64,000 bases of DNA from an uncultured delta proteobacterium (GTDB taxonomy: Bacteria; Desulfobacterota; Binatia; UBA9968), in assembly GCA_963760795.1 (NCBI GenBank), contig CAVXEP010000028.1, forward strand, positions 32,001 to 96,000, in the 5' to 3' direction. The position numbers and the translations under genes were made by a program. This document shows positions 43,674 through 52,809 of this stretch, one piece after another (position 1 is the stretch's first letter; each line of letters starts with the position of its first letter). Below the pieces are notes generated by a model that was not told the origin of the DNA, made no database searches, and saw only the letters and a program-made list of their open reading frames with translations.

Positions 43674-44720
43674 TTAGAACCCCTGCCCAACTACCTCACC
43701 GATCGCGCGCAGCGCCTGCTCAATATCGCCGCGATCGACGTCGAGATGGGTGACCATGCGCACTCGGCGCGAATCCACCGGGCCACCGAGGACATTGCGC
43801 TGCCGCAATCGCTTGAGAAACTCAGACGCAACGAGTCCGGTCTCGCCAATATCATAGATGACGATATTGGTCTGAACTTTTTCCGGTTGAATGCGAATGC
43901 GCGGGATGTTGGCCAATCCTTGGGCCAGCAGTTGCGCGTTCTCGTGATCGATATATAACCGCTTCGGTCCCTCTTCTAGCGCTACCGCGGCGGCGGCAGC
44001 GATCACACCCACCTGACGCATGCCACCGCCCAACATCTTGCGGATTACCCGGCAATGCTCGATGAAATCCCTGCTACCAACGATCATCGAGCCCACCGGC
44101 GCGCCCAAACCTTTGCTGAAACAAAACTGCACTGAATCAAATTTCTTGGTGATCTCGGCGACGTTTTGGCCGAGATGCACCGCGGCATTGAACACCCGCG
44201 CGCCGTCGAGATGAACTTTCAAACCTGCATCGTGAGCCTTGGCGCAAATCGCGTGGGTCAGTCTGGTCGGATAGACCGTGCCGCCGGCCATGTTGTGCGT
44301 GTTCTCCAGAGCGACTAGAGCGGTTTGTGGGCGCGTGTAAGTTTTCTCGCGAATCGCCGGCGCAATCTGCTCCCAGGTCATGATGCCATCGCCAGTCGGA
44401 ATCACCCGCGGCAAGACGCCGGCCACCGCAGCCATTGAGGCCATCTCGTAATTGTAAATATGGCCGGCTGCCTCACAGATTACTTCCTGGCCGCGCTCTG
44501 TCTGCGCCATGATGCAAATGAGATTGCCCATGGAGCCGGAAGGCACGAACAGCCCCGCCTCGCGGCCGAATATTTCCGCCGCGCGGTCCTGCACGCGATT
44601 GACCGTAGGGTCTTCGATGTAAACATCGTCGCCAACCTCGGCCTCAGCCATGGCCCGCCGCATCGCCGCCGAGGGCTTCGTCACGGTATCGCTGCGCAGA
44701 TCGATAATCTTATCAGCCAT
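43674..44720 (-). CDS. ltaE: Low-specificity L-threonine aldolase
   Basis: IDLRSDTVTKP, GDDVY.EDPT, LENTHN, HLDGARVFNA, CFSKGLGAPVGS. Confidence 0.93.
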   Translation of the reverse strand: MADKIIDLRSDTVTKPSAAMRRAMAEAEVGDDVYIEDPTVNRVQDRAAEIFGREAGLFVPSGSMGNLICIMAQTERGQEVICEAAGHIYNYEMASMAAVAGVLPRVIPTGDGIMTWEQIAPAIREKTYTRPQTALVALENTHNMAGGTVYPTRLTHAICAKAHDAGLKVHLDGARVFNAAVHLGQNVAEITKKFDSVQFCFSKGLGAPVGSMIVGSRDFIEHCRVIRKMLGGGMRQVGVIAAAAAVALEEGPKRLYIDHENAQLLAQGLANIPRIRIQPEKVQTNIVIYDIGETGLVASEFLKRLRQRNVLGGPVDSRRVRMVTHLDVDRGDIEQALRAIGEVVGQGF

Positions 44721-44734
44721 GGTGTCCGAGCATT

Positions 44735-44765
44735 CTGAACCTTGAACTTTTGAACCGTTGAACGG
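44735..44765. repeat. TTGAAC tandem repeat
   Basis: ctgaac cttgaac ttttgaac cgttgaac. Confidence 0.7.
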
Positions 44766-45518
44766 TTATTCCAACCGTCCTTCGATTTCGCTAATCACGT
44801 CGCCCGACAAATGCGGCCGGACAAAAGCATTATAAATGCAGTCATTCTGCAGCCACATGATATCGGCGCGCTGGCGTACCGCTTCGCGCATTTCGTTTTG
44901 CAACTTTTCTTCCATGCAGTGGTGCTTGATGACATCGGTCACCATATCGCCATGGCCCTCGTCGTGGTACTCATGGGCACGGAAGAAATCCAGGCAATCG
45001 ACGGGAATCCATTGGTAATATTTCTCGATCGCTTCGCGCTCCTCTTTCATCCGCTTGGGTCCGCCGCCTTCGAAGACTAGCCCGGTACCGATGGCCACCG
45101 CCCAATGGCTCTGCTGCACCAGCGACACATACATCTCGAGCGCGGCGCGGATGCCGGGCAACGGCTCGTAATTGGTAATATCGTCGCTGGCGATGCCCAG
45201 GCCGTTGGCGAACTGCACCCAGAGATCGCGATGACTCGGGTATTTGCCGCCAAAGAGGTCCTCGCCCTCTTCCTCCACCATATTTTCCAAAAGCATCCGG
45301 CGCAGCTCGGGAATTGGACATTTGTGATAGCGGATGCCGAAAAATCGATGGATATTGCGAAACTCGTGAAACTGATTGCGCGCCCACCACTGCAATTGCT
45401 CCTTGGTGAGCCTGCCGCTCAGAAGCAACTGGCGGATCGGATGGGGCCGCGGATGACGCTGCTGCAACGTCTGCTGCAAGTCCGCGATCAATTCTTCCGG
45501 TCCAAGTAATCCAGCCAT
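44766..45518 (-). CDS. PqqC/CADD/TenA-like heme-oxygenase-fold redox protein
   Basis: ENMVEEEG...SHRDLW..F..GLG, FE, FFRAHEYHDEGH; GGAGG RBS before MAGLLG. Confidence 0.8.
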   Translation of the reverse strand: MAGLLGPEELIADLQQTLQQRHPRPHPIRQLLLSGRLTKEQLQWWARNQFHEFRNIHRFFGIRYHKCPIPELRRMLLENMVEEEGEDLFGGKYPSHRDLWVQFANGLGIASDDITNYEPLPGIRAALEMYVSLVQQSHWAVAIGTGLVFEGGGPKRMKEEREAIEKYYQWIPVDCLDFFRAHEYHDEGHGDMVTDVIKHHCMEEKLQNEMREAVRQRADIMWLQNDCIYNAFVRPHLSGDVISEIEGRLE

Positions 45519-45613
45519 AGAGCCTCCAAAGATTACGTATTCGAGTGGCGCCAATATATCCAACAACACCTAAGTTGACTAGCCCCGCGATCACCTCGTT
45601 CTGGCGCCTCTAC

Positions 45614-45654
45614 CAACGATCTGAACGTTTTGAACGGCTTGAACGATTTGAACC
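45614..45654. repeat. 9-bp tandem repeat (TTGAACGNN)
   Basis: ctgaacgtt ttgaacggc ttgaacgat ttgaac. Confidence 0.7.
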
Positions 45655-45710
45655 CAGAGGGGGTCAAACTGTTATTGTTTTTTCCCCCAACCTTGTACTA
45701 GCATACTCTC

Positions 45711-46469
45711 GTGATCTCCCTCTCGCTTAGAAGACTGACCAAGAAGTTCGGCTCCATCGCCGCGGTTGACCTGGCCAACCTCGACGTTAACGGCGGTGAG
45801 TTCATGGTCATCGTCGGCGAGAGCGGCTGCGGCAAGACCACCACGCTACGGCTCATCGCCGGTCTAGAGAATCCCGACAGCGGCACGATATTCATAGGTG
45901 GCGTGCCGGTCAACGATGTGCCGGTGGGCAAGCGCAACGTACAAATGATTTTTCAGAACTACGCCCTCTGGCCGCACATGAAAGTATTTGACGAAAGTAA
46001 ATACTCGAATCTGTCGCTGCCGTTGAAAGTGCGAAAATGGTCGAGCGATAAAATCGCCGAATATCTTCGCCCCTTGGCTTGGAAAATCGGCATCGAGGAA
46101 AGTTTTTTCAAGCGCAAGCCCACGGAACTTTCCGGCGGCCAGCAACAGCGCGTCGCGCTCGGCCGCGCCATGGTCACCGCGCCGCAAATCATGTTGATGG
46201 ACGAGCCGCTGAGCAATATCGATCCGCCCAATCGCTTGAAGATGCGCCAGGAAATCCTGTCGTTTCACAAAGAGAACCGCCTGACGACGTTGTATGTAAC
46301 CCATAACCTGGCCGATGGCATCGCTCTGGCGGACCGGGTCGCGGTCATGCACGCCGGCCGCTTCGAGCAGGCCGACACGGTGGAAAATCTCATGCACCAT
46401 CCGGCGACCGAATATGTCGCCGACTTTTTCAAGGCCGAACAGTTTGGTCATCGCTTCACGGCGACCTAG
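45711..46469 (+). CDS. ABC transporter ATP-binding protein (MalK/PotA-like, no TOBE tail)
   Basis: GESGCGKT, FQNYALWPHM, LSGGQQQRVAL, DEPLSN, YVTH. Confidence 0.92.
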   Translation: MISLSLRRLTKKFGSIAAVDLANLDVNGGEFMVIVGESGCGKTTTLRLIAGLENPDSGTIFIGGVPVNDVPVGKRNVQMIFQNYALWPHMKVFDESKYSNLSLPLKVRKWSSDKIAEYLRPLAWKIGIEESFFKRKPTELSGGQQQRVALGRAMVTAPQIMLMDEPLSNIDPPNRLKMRQEILSFHKENRLTTLYVTHNLADGIALADRVAVMHAGRFEQADTVENLMHHPATEYVADFFKAEQFGHRFTAT

Positions 46470-46477
46470 AGGTGACG

Positions 46478-47263
46478 ATGAGAAAAGCCTTAGTCCTCTC
46501 GCTGCTATTACTGTCGCTTCTACTGACGCGCCAAGTGCACGCCGCCTGCCGCGAGCTCGATGTCGCGCGCAACTGGTTGAAACCCGCCTACGCCGCCGAG
46601 CCCGATGTGACCATCGAGTTTTTTGGCCATAATTTTTTTCAGATCACCTCAGCTAAAGGCACCAAGATCATCACCGACCCGGTATCACCCGGCTTCTATC
46701 CGACGCCCAACGTCTCGCCCCATGCGATCACCGTTGGCCGCGAACACCCGAACCACAACTTCGTCGAGATCGCCAAGAATGGCCCGGTGGTCTTGCGCGG
46801 CCTGGGCAACTACGGCGCCGAATGGAACAAGGTCAGCACCACGGTCAAGGATATTTTGGTCTACACCGTGCCGATCTACCAACAGCAGTTCGGCAACGCG
46901 CTCAAAGGCGCCGCCTTCGTCTTCGACTTGGGCACCATCTGCGTCGCCCATTTGGGCGATTTGGCACACAAACTCACCGAAGATCAGATCAAAGCCTTCG
47001 GCAAGGTCGACATCGCCATGATCCCTATCGGTGGCATGTTCACCATGCCACCGGACACCGCTAGAGAAGTCTTGCAGCAACTCAAGCCCAAGATCGCCAT
47101 CCCCATGCACTATCGCGAAAATACTTCACTGTTGGACATGTTCGTGAAGGGCTACCCGAATAAATACTTGAATAACCATAAATCAACCTTCAGCAAGACA
47201 GCCCTACCGCCGCCAACCCAGGTCATCGTCTTCACACCGTGGCAGATGCGCGATTATCGGTAA
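46478..47263 (+). CDS. Exported MBL-fold metallo-hydrolase-like protein
   Basis: Signal peptide; GHNFFQI, ITDP, EHPNHN, AHLGDL, IPMHY. Confidence 0.82.
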   Translation: MRKALVLSLLLLSLLLTRQVHAACRELDVARNWLKPAYAAEPDVTIEFFGHNFFQITSAKGTKIITDPVSPGFYPTPNVSPHAITVGREHPNHNFVEIAKNGPVVLRGLGNYGAEWNKVSTTVKDILVYTVPIYQQQFGNALKGAAFVFDLGTICVAHLGDLAHKLTEDQIKAFGKVDIAMIPIGGMFTMPPDTAREVLQQLKPKIAIPMHYRENTSLLDMFVKGYPNKYLNNHKSTFSKTALPPPTQVIVFTPWQMRDYR

Positions 47264-47329
47264 ACGCATTGAAGTTATGCAGCGAACGGCTTGAACGTTT
47301 TGAAGGCGTAGGCGATTCACCAATCGCCC

Positions 47330-48517
47330 CTAACCTGTGAATTCAATCACGTCCAGCCCGCGTTCCTTGTCGGTCACCCACAACAGACCACGATGGTCTT
47401 TGACGACATCATTGGTCAGCGGCGCGGCCACACCATCCCCCGGTTTTGGAATGAAATAGCCGCGCTCCTTGGGGTTCGCTGGATCGCCGATGTCGAAGAT
47501 CCGCAGGCCACCGGCAAACCAGGTAACATAAATTAGATTGTCCGCATCCACCCGTTCACGTAATTGATGCGTGCCGAAGCGCACTTGGTCAGCGGGATAA
47601 GGCGTTGCCGACTCCGGCAAGTAATACGTGTGGAGCAGTTCAGGCTGGGTCGGAACGCTGACATCCCAGGTGCGCAGCGGCGCGTGGGGCTTGCCGGTAT
47701 CGGCGCCCCGATGCGTGCGCTCCTCTTCCGTCGATACCGCGATGCGCTTGCCGCCGATCGAATGCGCCACCTTGAGAAACGTGTGGGTCGGCTCAGGGCA
47801 AGGCGGATCATACTCAAAGCGCGACAGCGTGCGCGGAGCGCGGATGTCGCTCACATCGATGATCGCGATGCCGGACATCCAACAGCCGGCGTACATCTCG
47901 GTGCCGCAGCGCATCGCATGGTGCAGCCGATGTTCGGCGTGCTTCGGGTGCGGCGTATCACCAGCGGCCACGTTCTGTCCCTTCATCCACCAGCGCGAAA
48001 CCTCCTCCGGCTTCGACGGGTTGCGGATGTCGTAGATCACCAAGATGTTGCCGACGAAACCCTCCATTTCAGTCGAGATATAAGCGTAGTTCTCGTCGCA
48101 ATCGAACCGATGCACTCCCTTGCCGTGGGTTTTGACAAAGGTGATGAGCTTCGGAGTTGTCCGATCTTTGATGTCGTAGATGCGAAAGCCACCATCGGGG
48201 TAATCGCCGCGCTGACCTGGGCCGCGCTCGAACTCGGAATTGACCACCATCAGGTCGCCGACCACCCGCACCTTGTGCGAGTGCGACCACGGGTGGTTGG
48301 GCATCAGCGTGCTAACGATCTTTGGCTTGCGCGGATCGGCAATGTCAAGAATCGTCGTTCCCTGGACCCGGTGCTGATGGCCGACATAGGCATATTTCCC
48401 GTCAAGGACAATCTGCCCGCCGCCCTCAAGCTCCATCCGGCAGAGATGACGAATATTCGTCGACCCGCGCGGCGCCGTGCCGCTATCGCTTTCCGCTGTA
48501 GGTAGAACTTCACTCAT
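47330..48517 (-). CDS. LVIVD-repeat beta-propeller protein
   Basis: Repeats GTTILDIADP, GFRIYDIKD, LVIYDIRNP, GIAIIDVSD, GLRIFDIGDP; GAGGTG RBS before MSEVLP. Confidence 0.85.
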   Translation of the reverse strand: MSEVLPTAESDSGTAPRGSTNIRHLCRMELEGGGQIVLDGKYAYVGHQHRVQGTTILDIADPRKPKIVSTLMPNHPWSHSHKVRVVGDLMVVNSEFERGPGQRGDYPDGGFRIYDIKDRTTPKLITFVKTHGKGVHRFDCDENYAYISTEMEGFVGNILVIYDIRNPSKPEEVSRWWMKGQNVAAGDTPHPKHAEHRLHHAMRCGTEMYAGCWMSGIAIIDVSDIRAPRTLSRFEYDPPCPEPTHTFLKVAHSIGGKRIAVSTEEERTHRGADTGKPHAPLRTWDVSVPTQPELLHTYYLPESATPYPADQVRFGTHQLRERVDADNLIYVTWFAGGLRIFDIGDPANPKERGYFIPKPGDGVAAPLTNDVVKDHRGLLWVTDKERGLDVIEFTG

Positions 48518-48588
48518 ATTGCACCTCGAATCAATAATATCGGTGACTGTAACCGCCAGTAATTGACCGCCAACGAAGCGGAGTCTCG

Positions 48589-49578
48589 CTAAATCTTGAA
48601 TGCTTCCACTGTCTCGCGGGCGAACAGCTCGTCCAATACGAGCTTTTGCTTGGTCAAGCCTTGCTCTAAAAGATAACCGTTTAAAGTTTCGAGATCCTTT
48701 CTGTTGGGCTCCAGCCCATAGGGCCAGTAGTCCGTCGTCATCAGTGCGGTTGTATCTTCGAACTCGGCGGAAGTCCACGGCAGCGCGACACGCAGAATGT
48801 TGGTGTCGTAGAGGTCGCGCATGCAGATCTCTTTCGACTCGCAAAACGCTTTGTACAGCGTCTGTGCCACCCAGGGTTCTTTTTCGTAGATCGACCGTTT
48901 GATCACCAGCACATGCATGATCGGGAACAGGCCGGTGGTTTTGAAATAGTCCATCTCGACCTGGCGGTAGTTGGGAAACAAGCGCTGCACTTTCGCCGAT
49001 CCCTGGAGGAAACAGGTCGGCATGCGCGGCGACATCATGGCGTCGACCTCGCCGTTTTCGATCATGACGTTGAGCGTCGTGTCCGGGCGGCTTTCCATCG
49101 TCACACCCGCCGGCATTTCGAAGTCGACGCGGTCTTTGCGACCAGGGTGCTCCTCGCCCGCCTGCACCCAGTGAATCGCCGACGGCGGCACGCCGTATTC
49201 ATGCTCGAACATGCCGCGCAGCCACACCGCCGCGGTCATGGAATATTCCGGCACGCCCATGCGCCGGCCGCGCAGGTCTTGAATGGATTTGATACCCGAA
49301 TCCGTGTTGACGAATATACAGCGATGGCGAAAGGTCCGCGACGGAAACACCGGGATCGCCACGAAGGGCCGGCGGCCGCGCGACGCTGCGGTCAAAAACG
49401 CTCCCATGGACAGTTCGGATACGTCGAACTCTTCATACTTCATCATGCGCCAGAAGATTTCCTCCACCGGCATGACCATATAGTTAAGATCGATGCCTTC
49501 GGTCTTGACGATGCCGTCTTTGAGCGCGCGCATGCGGTCGTAGTCTTCGCATGCCAGCGTGAGATGGAGATTTTTCAT
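48589..49578 (-). CDS. 4,5-dihydroxyphthalate decarboxylase-like protein (solute-binding-protein fold)
   Basis: LTLACEDYDR, EEIFWRM, FDVSELS, AIPVFPSRTFRH, GVPEYSMTA, FPIMH, WPYGLEPN. Confidence 0.82.
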   Translation of the reverse strand: MKNLHLTLACEDYDRMRALKDGIVKTEGIDLNYMVMPVEEIFWRMMKYEEFDVSELSMGAFLTAASRGRRPFVAIPVFPSRTFRHRCIFVNTDSGIKSIQDLRGRRMGVPEYSMTAAVWLRGMFEHEYGVPPSAIHWVQAGEEHPGRKDRVDFEMPAGVTMESRPDTTLNVMIENGEVDAMMSPRMPTCFLQGSAKVQRLFPNYRQVEMDYFKTTGLFPIMHVLVIKRSIYEKEPWVAQTLYKAFCESKEICMRDLYDTNILRVALPWTSAEFEDTTALMTTDYWPYGLEPNRKDLETLNGYLLEQGLTKQKLVLDELFARETVEAFKI

Positions 49579-50246
49579 TTGCCGCGCTTTCTTGCCGGTG
49601 ATTTTCTTGCTTTGCGCCTGGGCGACCAGCTTTACGAATTGCTGCATCTCTTTGACGAATAGCTTCTTACCCTTCGCCGCCAGCAAGCCGCCGAGATACG
49701 CGCTACCGAGACAAATTCCGGTGACGCCGGCTTGAACATATTCTTGAACGTTGTTCTAGATTCACGCCGCCCGACACCATGAAGCGCACGTCAGGAAATG
49801 GCCCCTGCATCTGACGAATGAAGTAAGGCCCGCCGGCCAAATCCGCCGGGAAAATTTTCACCAAGTCGGCGTGGGCCCGCTGCGCCGCGATGATCTCCGT
49901 CGGCGTCGCGGCACCGGGAAAGCAGGCGATGTTCGCGGTGTGGCATAGGCCGACCAAGTTGAGCTCCAACGACGGCGAGACGATGAACTCAGCGCCGACA
50001 CCCATCGCCCGCTCCGCCTGCTGCAGGCGCCAGGACCGTTCCAGCACCGACATGAATACCGCCGCGCCGGGTTAATTCTTTGATGACATCCAGCGCGCCC
50101 GGCACGCTGAAAGTAATCTCGACGAACTTGATACCGCCATCGGCAGCGGCGTTGGCGAGCGCGATTGCATCCTCTGGGCTTGTCGAACGCACGACGGCGA
50201 CTAAGCGGCTGGCGTGTAATTCTGCAACGAGTTTTATTCTGTCCAT
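49575..50246 (-). CDS. KDPG/KHG aldolase family protein (+1 frameshifts near 50025 and 49756; 3' end uncertain)
   Basis: VEIT, VGAGTVL, GAEFIVSP, PGAATPTEI, VKIFPA, SGGVN spread across three frames. Confidence 0.85.
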
Positions 50247-50286
50247 AATGGGTTGGTCGTGCGATCAACTGAAGGGCGATCGACTC

Positions 50287-51066
50287 TTAACTGAGACTCA
50301 AACCGCCATCCACTAACAAAGTCTGCCCGGTGACAAAGTCTCCGCCGGTGATCAATCCGAGAATGGCCCCAGCGATGTCATCCGGTGTTGCGATGCGCTG
50401 CAGCGGATAACCCGCCGACGCTTTTGCAATCACCTGCTGGTAATCGGCGCCGAAGTGCTGGCTCATCCATGGCGTGTCGGTGAACGCCGGTGCGACACAG
50501 TTGACGCGCACCTTGGGCGCCATCGCCACGGCTAGACCCTTGGTCATATAAATCAACGCCGCCTTGGCCGTGCCATAGGCCAGCGACGACATCGTCGACG
50601 GCGCGAGCACGCCGGAGATCGACGACACATTGACGATCATGCCGTGGTTGGCTTCAAGCAGCTTCTGCGCGGCGCGGGCGCAGCGAAACGCGCCTTTGAC
50701 GTTGACGTCGAGAATCTCATCCCAGATCGGATCGGTGAGCCCTTCGAGATCCGGCAGTTTTACCCAATGAGTCACGCCGGCGTTGTTGACGACGATGTCG
50801 AGACGGCCAAAGCGATCGGCGACCTTGCCGATCATCGACCGAACTTGTTCGTCATTCTGCACGTCGGCTTGAAGCGCGATCGCTTTGACTCCCGCCTTTT
50901 CAATTTCGCTAGCAAGAGCCTCCGCTTCCGTCTCCGATTTACGGTAGTTGATCGCAACTCCAGCCACGCCAGCTTTCGCTAGCTTACGCACCACCGCGCC
51001 GCCGATGCCGCCAGCGCCACCGGTAACAAGAGCTACTCTGCCGCTTAATTCCATGTCTTCACTCAA
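50287..51066 (-). CDS. SDR family NAD(P)-dependent oxidoreductase
   Basis: TGGAGGIG, NNAG, YGTAK, VRVNCVAP, TGQTLLVDGG. Confidence 0.95.
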   Translation of the reverse strand: MSEDMELSGRVALVTGGAGGIGGAVVRKLAKAGVAGVAINYRKSETEAEALASEIEKAGVKAIALQADVQNDEQVRSMIGKVADRFGRLDIVVNNAGVTHWVKLPDLEGLTDPIWDEILDVNVKGAFRCARAAQKLLEANHGMIVNVSSISGVLAPSTMSSLAYGTAKAALIYMTKGLAVAMAPKVRVNCVAPAFTDTPWMSQHFGADYQQVIAKASAGYPLQRIATPDDIAGAILGLITGGDFVTGQTLLVDGGLSLS

Positions 51067-51081
51067 GATCGTTGAAGTCGC

Positions 51082-52809
51082 CTAACGAACAGCGCTGCGA
51101 AGCTCGACCGTGCGCGCTGGGTCGATTAGCCAATCCCCCGGCAGCTTTACCAGCTCATCAGCTTTGCCCTTGTATCGAATCGCCACGCCGTATTGTTTTT
51201 CCGCCTCATCAGCTGTCACATAACCTTCGATAACATCCCAAAGAACTTTTTCCGGCGCGCGTTGGAACGGGTCGCCGTAACCGCCGCCGCCCGGTAGATT
51301 AACGTGGATAACTTCGCCCTTGGTTAAATCCTTGAGTGCTTTGGCGTGGAGCTTCACGCCGTCGCCGGTGCTCACTTCGCCGGCGGCGCCCGCTTTGCCG
51401 CCGAGTAATCCCAAGGCGGGATATTGGGTGCGATCGGCAATGGAGCTAACGCTCCACTTGCCGTCACCGCGCCGAGCAAATTCCGTGAGCTGGCCCAAGC
51501 CGCCGCGCCAGGTGCCCGGACCACCCGAGTCGGCGCGCAGTTCGCGCCGTTTCAATACTACTGGCGACAAGCTTTCAATTACTTCAGCCGGCACCCCGGC
51601 GACGCCGCTGGGAAAGCCGACGGCGTTGAGTCCATCCTTCGACGGGCGCGCGCCGGTGCCGCCGACTTGAAAGACGGTCAGGGTGAATGATGGGTCGTGA
51701 CCGCGCCAGACGCTCAGCCAAATAGGATCAGCCCCCGGCGCCATCAAGCGTCCGGGCAGCGCGCCGGACATGGCCGCGAAGATCGCGCTGGGAATGAAGT
51801 GACCGATCACCTGGCGGCTCGCCACCGGCGCCGGATCAAGAGCATTGAGAATGCTGCCCTCTGGCGCGCTGACATGCACCGGGCGGAAACTGCCTTCGTT
51901 ATGCGGCACGTCGGGACAGATCGCCGCCTTGATCGCGAAGCTCGCGTAGGCATGAGTATAGTTCAGCACGACATTGATACCGCGGCTGCTTTGCGGCGAC
52001 GAGCCGGTGAAATCGATAAATATTTCTTCGCCGGCCACACGTACCGTGCAGCGGATCAGGATCGGTTCTTCAAAACCATCGCTCCACGTCTCGCTCGACC
52101 ATTCGCCGGCGGGCAGCTTGGCGATCTCGGCGCGCACAGCAGCTTCGGAGCGGCGGATGATTTCCTCGGAAACCTCGTCGATGGAGTCGAGGTTGAACTC
52201 GTCCATCATTTCGCGCAGCGCCCGGCCGCCGGTTTCGTTGCACGAGGTCTGAGCGTAGAAATCGCCGATCACTTCATCGGGCTGGCGCACGTTGGTGCGG
52301 ACGATCTGCATGAGAATCTTGTTGGGTTCGCCGCGCTCGAACAGCTTCATGATCGGGATGCGCAGCCCCTCTTCGAATACTTCCCGCGCTTCGGCGGAAA
52401 GAATCCGCCCGCCGATATCCGCGCTATGGCAGGTGTTGGCGAACAGCGCGACCAGCTTGCCGTTCTTGAAAATCGGCGTGGTAATCGTGATGTCGTTGAT
52501 CTGACCGGCGGTCTGCCAAGGATCGTTGGTGATCAAAACGTCGCCGGGCGCCAGCTTGTCCGGCGGAAACGCCGCGAGAAAATGCTTCATCGACGTCGCC
52601 ATGGCGTTGATATGGCCGGGCGTGCCGCTGATCGACTGCGAAATCATCCGCCCCTTGGTATCGAACATGCCGCAGGCCAAGTCCTGGCTTTCGCGCACGA
52701 TGGTGCTGAAGGCGGTGCGGATCAGCGCATCCTGCTGCTCGTTGGCCACCGACAGGAAGCGGTTCCAAATCACTTCAAGGGTAACTGGATCGATGACTTT
52801 ATTTCCCAT
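51082..52809 (-). CDS. Hydantoinase B / 5-oxoprolinase family protein
   Basis: DPVTLEVIW, AFSTIVRESQD, TNDPW, EEGLRIP, DSGGPG.WRGG, PGGGGYGDP. Confidence 0.93.
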   Translation of the reverse strand: MGNKVIDPVTLEVIWNRFLSVANEQQDALIRTAFSTIVRESQDLACGMFDTKGRMISQSISGTPGHINAMATSMKHFLAAFPPDKLAPGDVLITNDPWQTAGQINDITITTPIFKNGKLVALFANTCHSADIGGRILSAEAREVFEEGLRIPIMKLFERGEPNKILMQIVRTNVRQPDEVIGDFYAQTSCNETGGRALREMMDEFNLDSIDEVSEEIIRRSEAAVRAEIAKLPAGEWSSETWSDGFEEPILIRCTVRVAGEEIFIDFTGSSPQSSRGINVVLNYTHAYASFAIKAAICPDVPHNEGSFRPVHVSAPEGSILNALDPAPVASRQVIGHFIPSAIFAAMSGALPGRLMAPGADPIWLSVWRGHDPSFTLTVFQVGGTGARPSKDGLNAVGFPSGVAGVPAEVIESLSPVVLKRRELRADSGGPGTWRGGLGQLTEFARRGDGKWSVSSIADRTQYPALGLLGGKAGAAGEVSTGDGVKLHAKALKDLTKGEVIHVNLPGGGGYGDPFQRAPEKVLWDVIEGYVTADEAEKQYGVAIRYKGKADELVKLPGDWLIDPARTVELRSAVR

